Shown here one piece after another: positions 20,276 to 28,431 of a stretch of 64,000 nucleotides of DNA. The notes beneath the pieces are model-generated. The model searched no databases. It had not been told where the DNA came from and saw only the letters and a list, made by a program, of their open reading frames with translations. The translations under genes were made by a program, and so were the position numbers. This DNA comes from Candidatus Omnitrophota bacterium (lineage in GTDB: Bacteria; Omnitrophota; Gorgyraeia; Tantalellales; Tantalellaceae): NCBI GenBank assembly GCA_028715965.1, contig JAQUQS010000001.1, forward strand, positions 1,259-65,258. The letters are read 5' to 3'. Every line of letters starts with the position of its first letter. Within the stretch, counting starts at the first letter, position 1.

Positions 20276-20283
20276 TATGTCGA

Positions 20284-20793
20284 TCAATACTTCGTGGATA
20301 AAAGTATATCTTTAAACCTCGTCTTTACGGCAACCCTCGCCGCCAGCTCATAGGCGCCGAACAGGGCCATAGTATAGGCGAGGCCCGAAACGACCGTATT
20401 ACGTAAAAATGGGACGGCTTTCAGATAACAATCCGCCAACCCCTGAACGGTATGGGGATACCACGCTACCCATACCCCGAAATTGGTCACGATGAAAAAG
20501 AAAAGGGACGCGGCCAGCGAGACCCCCGTTACGGACCATATGTTCTTCCTGCCCTTGAGCCACATACCCATGTACCCCGTTATCGCGAAAGCGCCCCATG
20601 TATAGAGAAAAACATCGTGTAACCCCAGGACAAGATCGCTAAGTATCATTATGGCAAGGGGCACCCAGGGAACATATTTCTTACTCAGATATGCGCCGGA
20701 AAAAATAGCTATGGCCGCGACCGGTGAAAAATTAGCCGCGTGCGGCAACAGTCTGAAAAGGAACCCCGCCAATATCAGTAAATACGCTATCAT
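20284..20793 (-). CDS. small polytopic membrane protein (DUF6580-like putative transporter component)
   Basis: 169 aa with about 5 transmembrane helices. The motifs RLLPHAANFSPVAAIAIFSGAY and FFFIVTNFGVWV recall the DUF6580 'putative transport protein' family. Confidence 0.45.
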   Translation of the reverse strand: MIAYLLILAGFLFRLLPHAANFSPVAAIAIFSGAYLSKKYVPWVPLAIMILSDLVLGLHDVFLYTWGAFAITGYMGMWLKGRKNIWSVTGVSLAASLFFFIVTNFGVWVAWYPHTVQGLADCYLKAVPFLRNTVVSGLAYTMALFGAYELAARVAVKTRFKDILLSTKY

Positions 20794-20831
20794 ATGTTAT
20801 TCCTTTCTTGCCGTCGTGAATACCGGTCCGA

Positions 20832-22394
20832 TCACACCCTGACCCTTGAGAGCATGTACGAAAAAAAACCTCCCGCCATCGCGGTCAGGAGATATTTTAT
20901 ATTAACGGCCATCTGACTGTCAAGCCCCGGATATATCTTATATATCGATGCCGCGATAAGCCCCAGAATGAAATAATATGTACCCGCGGGTATTTTTTTT
21001 ATGCATATATCCATTATCTTGGAGAAGACCAGGATCCCTACCGCCGCGCCCATGCCTACGAAAAACAGTATCCCCACGGCCATTTCCCTTACAGCGTTGA
21101 GAACCGCGGAATATTGTCCCATAAGCACTAGCATGAAAGATCCGCTTATCCCGGGGACGATCATCGCGCCCCCGGCAAAAAATCCGGATATGACCAGCAT
21201 AGACCTGTAAATAAGGCCCGATCCGGCCTCCACGCTACCAGAAACGTTCCCTTCCATACGCACCATAGCCAGGCCTATCATAAGTATCATCCCCATAACA
21301 AAGGCCAGTATCCTGGTCGTACTCACGCCCATATCATCATGTGCCCGGAACATCGCGGGAACACCACCGGCTATCAGCCCCACAAAAAGGAACATCGTTA
21401 TCCTGTAATGTTCACTGAGCAGGTATTGCATCACACCGGCAAACGCGCCTATAGCCACCACAGCCCCCGACCCCAGTATCCCCAGAAAAAGTATATATGT
21501 CCCTTTTTTGGCTTTCGGGCTGAAAAAACAGGATATTGCCTCTATCAGCCTGGCATACACCCCAAGTACTACCGCTATGGTCCCACCGGAAACACCGGGG
21601 ATGATGTTAGCTACACCTATTACCATACCCTTGACGAAAAGAGAGACCGCGCCGGTAAGTGATGTGATCGGGACCATATCGTAGTCCCTTTTTGGGGTGT
21701 TGGCGGGGCATCTCCCTCCGGATGACAACATATACCTGGAAATAAGCCTGAAGAACCTCAAGGTGTCCACAATAGGGTTTATCTGTGATTTTTCCTCTCC
21801 ATATATCGTCCTTATGGGCACGGACTTTATCCTGGCACCGCGACGGGCGGCAATTATGAGCATTTCTGTCTCAATGTCGAAATTCTTTGAACATAGCCGG
21901 GTATCCCTGAAACATGCCGCCCGGAGCAGCCTGTATCCGCACTGCGTGTCGGATATCTTCTGTCCACACATATTAGATATGAACCACGACATAAAACGAT
22001 TGGTCCAATACCTTACGGCTGGCATATCTCGCGTATCAGCCATCCTATCCCCAGAAACTATGTCCGCGTCGACGGCGGCAGCCATCATCGCGCCGATATT
22101 GGCCGTGTCATGCTGCCCATCCCCATCCATGAGCAATATCCACTCGAACCTTGTTTTGTTGATCACATGTTCAAGGCCTTCCCTCACGGAAAACCCCTTA
22201 CCCTTGTTCTTTTTGTGCTGGATGATCTCCGCGCCGGCTTCGACCGCTATTCGCGCGGTATCATCGGTCGAGCCGTCATCAATAACCAGGACCTTCAACC
22301 CTTTGCCCGCTATTTCACGAACGATACGGTCTATGGTCCTCGCCTCGTTAAAGGAAGGTATTACGACTATCGTGTTTTCTTTTACACATCCCAT
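20832..22394 (-). CDS. fusion protein: N-terminal GT2 polyprenyl-phosphate glycosyltransferase (DPM1/GtrB-like) plus C-terminal DUF368 (PopT-type undecaprenyl-phosphate translocase family) membrane domain
   Basis: Residues 1-230: IVVIPSFNEARTI…VLVIDDGSTDDT…LLMDGDGQHD (GT2). Residues ~245-520: GVANIIPGVSGGTIAVVLGVY … IVPGISGSFMLVLMGQY, a duplicated DUF368-type motif in a polytopic domain. It is one continuous 520-aa ORF. Confidence 0.75.
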   Translation of the reverse strand: MGCVKENTIVVIPSFNEARTIDRIVREIAGKGLKVLVIDDGSTDDTARIAVEAGAEIIQHKKNKGKGFSVREGLEHVINKTRFEWILLMDGDGQHDTANIGAMMAAAVDADIVSGDRMADTRDMPAVRYWTNRFMSWFISNMCGQKISDTQCGYRLLRAACFRDTRLCSKNFDIETEMLIIAARRGARIKSVPIRTIYGEEKSQINPIVDTLRFFRLISRYMLSSGGRCPANTPKRDYDMVPITSLTGAVSLFVKGMVIGVANIIPGVSGGTIAVVLGVYARLIEAISCFFSPKAKKGTYILFLGILGSGAVVAIGAFAGVMQYLLSEHYRITMFLFVGLIAGGVPAMFRAHDDMGVSTTRILAFVMGMILMIGLAMVRMEGNVSGSVEAGSGLIYRSMLVISGFFAGGAMIVPGISGSFMLVLMGQYSAVLNAVREMAVGILFFVGMGAAVGILVFSKIMDICIKKIPAGTYYFILGLIAASIYKIYPGLDSQMAVNIKYLLTAMAGGFFSYMLSRVRV

Positions 22395-23239
22395 ATTTTC
22401 CTAAAAACATACCATTGGTCAGGATAGCTTCTTATGTAAGATTCGAACTTGCTTATATATCTGGTCATCAGGGCCTTTACATCATCTTCATCCCGGCCCG
22501 TACTTTCCGGATAGATCGGTTCTTCAAAGAACATGCAGAACTTGTCTCCTTCCATGCGCGTAACCACCGTGAAAACTATGGGCGCGCCCGTTCTCAGCGC
22601 GAAGGCCGCCGCGCCTTTTGGCATTATCGCCTTACGGCCGAAGAACTCCACGGGTATCCCGGTATTCGTGTAATCCTTGTCCCCCACGATCGCCAGTATT
22701 TCATTCCTCTTCAGGACTTTGTAACATTCCTTTATGGATATTCCAAGAGGTATGGACCTTAGCCCGTTTATAGCGCGTTGCTTAACGAAAAAGTCATTCA
22801 CTTTTCTATCCGGCTGCTCGAGTATTATAGCGCTTATGGGATAATTCAGCCCTCCGATTATAGCGCCCCCAAGTTCCCAGTTCCCTAAATGCAGCGATAA
22901 AAGTATCAGCCCCTTCCCGCTTTCCAAGGCTTTATCCAGGTTCTCCCTGCCGCGCAACGTTATGTGGCGTGCTATATGATCCTCGGTAAACCTTGTGAAC
23001 CTGAAAAAATCGACCAGATATCTGGCGAAGTTCCTGAAAACGGCATGCACATGCCTGTCAAGGACCTTATCGTCCACATCATCGCCTAATACCACTCTCA
23101 GGTTAGACCTTAACGCGGCTTTATCTTCCCGGCCGAACGCACAAAAAAGCCGGGCCACCCTATCCGCGATAAAATAAGACACTTTTATCGGTATGGCGTT
23201 AGCGAGAAAATAACCCGTCCTGTAAAGTAAATACAACAT
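22382..23239 (-). CDS. lysophospholipid/lipid A-type acyltransferase (LpxL/HtrB family, LPLAT)
   Basis: 285 aa with an N-terminal membrane anchor and the HLGNWELGG acyltransferase motif (HX4D-like region). Confidence 0.75.
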   Translation of the reverse strand: MLYLLYRTGYFLANAIPIKVSYFIADRVARLFCAFGREDKAALRSNLRVVLGDDVDDKVLDRHVHAVFRNFARYLVDFFRFTRFTEDHIARHITLRGRENLDKALESGKGLILLSLHLGNWELGGAIIGGLNYPISAIILEQPDRKVNDFFVKQRAINGLRSIPLGISIKECYKVLKRNEILAIVGDKDYTNTGIPVEFFGRKAIMPKGAAAFALRTGAPIVFTVVTRMEGDKFCMFFEEPIYPESTGRDEDDVKALMTRYISKFESYIRSYPDQWYVFRKIWDV

Positions 23240-23240
23240 A

Positions 23241-24359
23241 CTATAAGATATCTTTGACCAGTTTCGCTATGTTCAACGCGCTGTCGGGCCTGGCTATTTT
23301 ACCCGCCGCGATCTTCATCCCGTCAATAACACCTTTAGCATCAAAAAGTTCGTTCATGCTCTGATGTATCGCGTCTATGTTCTTGATCTCTACCGCTACA
23401 CCCTTCCTGACAAGATAATCCGTATTCAGTCTCTCATGTCCAGGTATAGGATCGACTATTATGAGCGGCAGGCGCTTGACCATCGATTCGGCTATGGTCA
23501 TTCCTCCTGGTTTAGATATTATAACATCAGAGACCTCCATAAGCTCCTCTATGTTCTTGACATATGTCATGGTCATGAGCCTGCCGCCGGTCTTTTTCTT
23601 TTCAAGCTTTTTCAGCTTCGAGTACAACTTCTTGTTCGTACCGGTGACCACTACCAGGCGGTAATTATGTTCTTCGTCCGAGAGAAGCGAACGTACTACG
23701 ACCTCCATCGCGCCTATCCCCTGGCTTCCTCCCATTATAAGGATCACGGGCGCGTCGCCCTCAAGCTTTAACCTCTCTTTTACATCTTCCCGGTCCAATC
23801 CCACGCTGAACTTCGGGTCGACCGGTATCCCGTAAGCTTTCACTTTCTTGCTGGGGACCCCTTTCTTTATGAGCGTTTCCCCGGTCTCCTCGGATGGAAC
23901 TATGTAATAATCCACTTCATCATAAAGCCAGTAAGAATGTGGAGCGTGATCCGTAAGTACACCTATAAGCGGGGTATCCTTACCTATGGACCTCTTATAA
24001 TCGGCCACCATGCCACAGGGAAAAGCCTGAGTACATAACACCACGTCGGGATCATGGGCGTCTATAAGCTTCCTGACCTTGGACATGTTGAACTTGTGGA
24101 TCGCCTCCCTGGCCTTGCTGGTCTTTTTCATGAATTCCGGGTTGTCGTATATGTTGCCCCATATTTCCGGTCTTTTCTTTATGACCTGCATATACGCCTT
24201 ATTTATCACCTTTTCCAGGATCGGATTGGTATAGCTAAAGGCATTGATCTTGTCGACCTCTATATTACCCAGGACAGAGACCAGCCCCTGCTCTATGGCG
24301 CTAGCGGCGTGGAAATGCCCTGAATGCCTTGATATGTAGAAAATAAGCGCTTTTTTCAT
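23241..24359 (-). CDS. GT28-family glycosyltransferase (monogalactosyl/glucosyl-diacylglycerol synthase-like)
   Basis: MKKALIFYISRHSGHFHAASAIEQGL N-terminus and a C-terminal GT-B nucleotide-sugar-binding half (GGSQG…PGGMTIAE), typical of MGDG synthase/UgtP-like enzymes. The ORF track starts 12 codons upstream at 24395. Confidence 0.75.
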   Translation of the reverse strand: MKKALIFYISRHSGHFHAASAIEQGLVSVLGNIEVDKINAFSYTNPILEKVINKAYMQVIKKRPEIWGNIYDNPEFMKKTSKAREAIHKFNMSKVRKLIDAHDPDVVLCTQAFPCGMVADYKRSIGKDTPLIGVLTDHAPHSYWLYDEVDYYIVPSEETGETLIKKGVPSKKVKAYGIPVDPKFSVGLDREDVKERLKLEGDAPVILIMGGSQGIGAMEVVVRSLLSDEEHNYRLVVVTGTNKKLYSKLKKLEKKKTGGRLMTMTYVKNIEELMEVSDVIISKPGGMTIAESMVKRLPLIIVDPIPGHERLNTDYLVRKGVAVEIKNIDAIHQSMNELFDAKGVIDGMKIAAGKIARPDSALNIAKLVKDIL

Positions 24360-24363
24360 GATC

Positions 24364-24636
24364 TTATCCGCGCAGGATATCGTTCCCGCCGGCACCGTCC
24401 TCTCTCTCCATAAGCGCTATAATATCGCCCGGGACCGCTTCCGCTCCCACTTCCTTCATTTTTTTTATCAAAACTCCTCCGAAGGGTGCCGGCACATCAA
24501 AGGTCGCCTTATCCGTGGATATTTCCAGAAGGTCCTGTCCTTCCACCACTTTTTCGTTCTCCTGCACATGCCATGACACTATAACGGAGATCTCTTCCTG
24601 TTCCGCCACATCCGGAAGCTTTAACTCCAAGATCAT
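24364..24636 (-). CDS. stand-alone lipoyl (biotin/lipoyl attachment) domain protein
   Basis: 90 aa with LPDVAEQEEISVIVSWHV…EGQDLLEISTDKATFDVPAPFGGVL. The lipoyl-lysine motif is ETDK-like (STDKAT). Confidence 0.7.
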   Translation of the reverse strand: MILELKLPDVAEQEEISVIVSWHVQENEKVVEGQDLLEISTDKATFDVPAPFGGVLIKKMKEVGAEAVPGDIIALMEREDGAGGNDILRG

Positions 24637-24660
24637 TTTATCCGCCTTTCTTGCGTGTTC

Positions 24661-25293
24661 CTATTCGTTCGAAAAAACGTGAGCGAACTCCCGGGTGAAT
24701 ATCTCCTTTGCGCGGGACATATCGCATTTCCCGCCAAGCGCCTCTTTCGCGGAGACCACTCTTATCCGCTCCTCACCGCACGGGTTCATGTGGGAGAACG
24801 GCTCCACATCATTGTTCAGGTTTATCGAGACACCGTGATAAGTCACCCATCTCCGCACGGCCACTCCTATAAAAGCTATCTTCCTGTCCGCCACCCATAC
24901 CCCACGTTCCCCGGAACGTCTTTCAGCCGCAACACCCATAACGTTCAATCCACGCGTTACGGCCTTTTCTATGTTATCGATATAAGTGGAGACCTTCCAC
25001 CCTTTAAGCTTAAGATCTATGACCGGATATATCAGAAGCTGTCCCGGCCCGTGATATGTGACCTTGCCGCCCCTTGCGGTACTGATCACCGGTATCCCGT
25101 TCTTCTCGAAATACCGGAGGTCCAGACCGCTTTCGGACCCGGACGTCCTCCCCAAGGTGACCACATCAAAGTGTTCCAGGACAAGAAGTGTATCGGCTAT
25201 CGACCGCTCGCATCTTTTGGCCACATATTCCCTTTGAAGCTCAAGGGCTTCTAAATACTCCATCATCCCGAGATCAATGACCTCCGGGACCAT
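24661..25293 (-). CDS. lipB: lipoyl(octanoyl) transferase
   Basis: TYHGPGQLLIYPVIDL… and the catalytic region of LipB. The start is placed at MVPEVIDLG (25293), because the longer ORF to 25356 would overlap leuD. Confidence 0.85.
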   Translation of the reverse strand: MVPEVIDLGMMEYLEALELQREYVAKRCERSIADTLLVLEHFDVVTLGRTSGSESGLDLRYFEKNGIPVISTARGGKVTYHGPGQLLIYPVIDLKLKGWKVSTYIDNIEKAVTRGLNVMGVAAERRSGERGVWVADRKIAFIGVAVRRWVTYHGVSINLNNDVEPFSHMNPCGEERIRVVSAKEALGGKCDMSRAKEIFTREFAHVFSNE

Positions 25294-25312
25294 CGAGTGA
25301 AAGATACCGCTT

Positions 25313-25816
25313 TTATGCAAGACGGTCGAATCCGCCATTTGACCTGAAATATTCAATGACCCCGCCGTTCTTAAGGAAACCCCTCATTATAGCAGGCAAG
25401 GGCTTGAAATCTATTCTCAGCCCTTTCGTTATATTCTGGATGACATTACCGTCAAGGTCCAGCACCAGTTCGTCCATGTCATCAATGAACTTCGTATCGC
25501 TCTCAATAAGACAAAGACCTACATTGAACGCGTTGCGATAAAATATCCTGGCGAAACTCTTGGCGATGACAGCCTGGATACCACTGGCCTTTATCGCGGC
25601 AGGCGCCTGTTCCCGGGATGACCCGCATCCGAAATTATTTCCGGCCACCAGAAGATCCCCCGTGTTGACCTTTTTTATGAAATTCTCTTCAAGGTCCTCA
25701 AAAATATGCTGGGCGAGCTCTTTATCGTCCTGTATCTTGAACTTGTATCTACCGGATATTATATAATCCGTATTTACATCATCCTGTATCTTAAGCCTGT
25801 GCGCGATATTAGCCAC
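25313..25816 (-). CDS. leuD: 3-isopropylmalate/(homo)aconitase-type dehydratase small subunit
   Basis: GDLLVAGNNFGCGSSREQAPAAIKASGIQAVIAKSFARIFYRNAFNVGL. Confidence 0.85.
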   Translation of the reverse strand: MANIAHRLKIQDDVNTDYIISGRYKFKIQDDKELAQHIFEDLEENFIKKVNTGDLLVAGNNFGCGSSREQAPAAIKASGIQAVIAKSFARIFYRNAFNVGLCLIESDTKFIDDMDELVLDLDGNVIQNITKGLRIDFKPLPAIMRGFLKNGGVIEYFRSNGGFDRLA

Positions 25817-25855
25817 TTCTTCTCCTTTTCAGGTTGATCGTCCAGACGATAAGGT

Positions 25856-27118
25856 TCACAACCGCCTTTTATGCTCCCTGGGATCGGCAATACTGCCCTC
25901 CAGTGCCGTCGCCGCGGCCGCGGCCGGACTTCCCAGATAGATCTTTGAATTCGGATTCCCCATGCGTCCCTTGAAATTCCTGTTGGCGGTAGAAAAAGCG
26001 TTTTCTCCATCCGCCAATACTCCCTGGTGCGTACCAACACACGGACCACATCCGGGATTGTTCACCGCGGCACCGGCCTCGACAAAAATATCTATATATC
26101 CGCGTTTGATACATTCCAGGAATATTTTCTTAGACGCCGGAGTGATAACAAGTTTCATCCCCGGAGCTATTTGCCTCCCCTTCAATATGCTGGCGACCAC
26201 CTCCAGGTCCTCTATCCTGCCGTTGGTGCAAGTCCCTATGACGACCTGGTCTATCGGCGTTCCCAGCACCTCATCTATATCACACACGTTGTCCACACTG
26301 TGTGGCATAGCGACCTGCGGGGTAAGCTCCGAAAGATCATATTCCCTTATTTCGGCATATCTGGCATCCTCGTCTGCCTCAACCGGCCTGGCTTCTTTGA
26401 CAGAATGTTTTTTCACCCAATCCAGGGTCTTCCGGTCGGCTTTCATGAGGCCACATTTCGCGCCGATCTCCACGGCCATGTTCGCCACTGTGAACCGGCC
26501 TTCCACGCTCATTCCGTTTATCACGTCACCGTAGAACTCTACCGACTTGTAAGTCGCCCCATCAGCGCCAAAGTCCTTTATCACCTTGAGTATGGCATCT
26601 TTCGGGTATACCCCCTTCGGGAGCTCCCCGTTCATCACTACCTTTATGGTCTCCGGGACCTTGAACCAGCTCTTACCGCTGGAAAGGGCGATCGCGAGAT
26701 CGCTCGACCCGACCCCTGTGGACAACACATTGATAGCGCCATAAGTACATGTGTGCGAATCCGCGCCTATCACCAGGTCCCCACAAGTTATATACCCGGC
26801 TTCCGGTATGATCTGGTGACTGATACCACACCCTATGTCCACCAGATGAACGCCATGTTCCGCGGCGAACCTTCTCATTTTCGAATGAACAGTGGACACC
26901 CCGATGTTCGGGCTGGGAGAAGAATGGTCTATCACCATCAGGAATTTATCTTTATCAAAAACATGTTCCGCCCCTATTTTCGAGAAGCTATCCATGATAA
27001 TAGAGCTTGTGCCATCCTGGCCGAAACAGAGATCTATGTTCGCGATCACTATATCCCCCGCTTTAGCCCTTTTCCCCGAATGTTCCGACAATATCTTCTC
27101 AGCTATCGTCTGCCTCAT
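25856..27118 (-). CDS. leuC: 3-isopropylmalate/(homo)aconitase-type dehydratase large subunit
   Basis: 420-aa short-form aconitase-family protein with an Fe-S Cys triad region …NPGCGPCVGTHQGVL…. Confidence 0.9.
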   Translation of the reverse strand: MRQTIAEKILSEHSGKRAKAGDIVIANIDLCFGQDGTSSIIMDSFSKIGAEHVFDKDKFLMVIDHSSPSPNIGVSTVHSKMRRFAAEHGVHLVDIGCGISHQIIPEAGYITCGDLVIGADSHTCTYGAINVLSTGVGSSDLAIALSSGKSWFKVPETIKVVMNGELPKGVYPKDAILKVIKDFGADGATYKSVEFYGDVINGMSVEGRFTVANMAVEIGAKCGLMKADRKTLDWVKKHSVKEARPVEADEDARYAEIREYDLSELTPQVAMPHSVDNVCDIDEVLGTPIDQVVIGTCTNGRIEDLEVVASILKGRQIAPGMKLVITPASKKIFLECIKRGYIDIFVEAGAAVNNPGCGPCVGTHQGVLADGENAFSTANRNFKGRMGNPNSKIYLGSPAAAAATALEGSIADPREHKRRL

Positions 27119-27164
27119 CTCTTCCTCTTTCTTTTTAGGCTCTATGGGTCTTTAAAAGACACCG

Positions 27165-28331
27165 TTAAAAAGACCTGATAAAATCGATCACGCGTTCCGC
27201 GCCCCTACATATCGTTGCCTCGTCCGTAGCAAAACTTATACGTATGCTCTTATCGTCCCCGAACGGTCCTCCGGGTATCACGGCAACCTTTCTGTCCTCG
27301 AGAACCTTCTCCGCGAACACCATAGAGTCAAGCCCTGTACCCGAAATATCGCAGAACATATAAAAAGCCCCCAACGGCACGATCGGTCTTATCCGCGGTT
27401 CAGCATTTAGGAACCCCAGAAGTATATCCCTTCTTTTCTGGAACATCCTGCTATTATCCTTTATTGTCTGTCCCAGATCACTTTTCAACGCGAATTCCGC
27501 CGCTACCTGGCTTATTGAACAAGGATTCGATGTCGAATGGTCCTGCAATATGCCCACACGTTTCACGATATCCTCGTCGGCAGCGATATACCCGATCCGC
27601 CATCCTGTCATTGAATAGCTCTTCGACATGCCGTTCACAACCACCGTGGCCCTTTTCATGTCCTCAGACACCTGGGCTATTGAGAAATGTTCCCTGCCAT
27701 CGAATATTATCTTTTCGTATATCTCATCGCTTACAACGGTTAACCCGGCCTCAAGACACACCCCGGCTATAGCCCTGATCTCATTTTCTTCATACACGAC
27801 ACCTGCCGGATTTGACGGGCTGTTGAGGATTATCACTTTCGTCCTCGGCCCGACAGATCTCCTTATGTCTTCAGGGGACACCTTGAACGTTGTTTTATCT
27901 TCAGGGGATATTATTTTTGGAACGGCACCCGCAAGCACTACCATCTCCGGATAACTTAGCCAATACGGAGAGATTATCAGCACTTCATCTCCTGGGTTGC
28001 ATATCACCTGCAGAACGTTATATATCGAGTGTTTGGCTCCGCAGGATACCACTATGTTCTTGGCCGCATACTCTAAACTATTATCTTTCTTTAACTTGTG
28101 CGCTATGGCTTCTTTGAGCGTATTCGTCCCGCTGGAAGGAGTATATTTCGTAAATCCATCATTTATCGCTTTTATCGCGGCTTCTTTTATAACATTCGGC
28201 GTATCGAAATCCGGTTCCCCGGCGGCAAGAATAACAACATCTTCCCCCTTAGCCTTCATCGCTTTTGCTTTTGACGTAATACCCAATGTAGCCGAAGGTT
28301 TTACCCGGGATATTTTCTCAGAAAAAAGCAT
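27165..28331 (-). CDS. aspartate/aromatic aminotransferase (class I PLP fold)
   Basis: …NSPSNPAGVVY… and the PLP-lysine region VVVNGMSKSYSMTGWRIGY, 388 aa. Confidence 0.9.
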   Translation of the reverse strand: MLFSEKISRVKPSATLGITSKAKAMKAKGEDVVILAAGEPDFDTPNVIKEAAIKAINDGFTKYTPSSGTNTLKEAIAHKLKKDNSLEYAAKNIVVSCGAKHSIYNVLQVICNPGDEVLIISPYWLSYPEMVVLAGAVPKIISPEDKTTFKVSPEDIRRSVGPRTKVIILNSPSNPAGVVYEENEIRAIAGVCLEAGLTVVSDEIYEKIIFDGREHFSIAQVSEDMKRATVVVNGMSKSYSMTGWRIGYIAADEDIVKRVGILQDHSTSNPCSISQVAAEFALKSDLGQTIKDNSRMFQKRRDILLGFLNAEPRIRPIVPLGAFYMFCDISGTGLDSMVFAEKVLEDRKVAVIPGGPFGDDKSIRISFATDEATICRGAERVIDFIRSF

Positions 28332-28431
28332 GATCTCTCTCCTTAACGTGAATTTTTGTCAGATGACATAAAATATCATATTAAACATAATATTACAAGA
28401 GGGAAAAATTTGTGGAATAATCAAAATACAT

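Noticed and set aside
28332-28431. AT-rich 100-nt gap upstream of the aminotransferase gene as a defined promoter/terminator
   Set aside because: Plausible promoter-like hexamers exist (TTGATT … TAATAT), but the spacing is non-canonical and there is no hairpin plus U-tract. I left it as an unannotated intergenic region.
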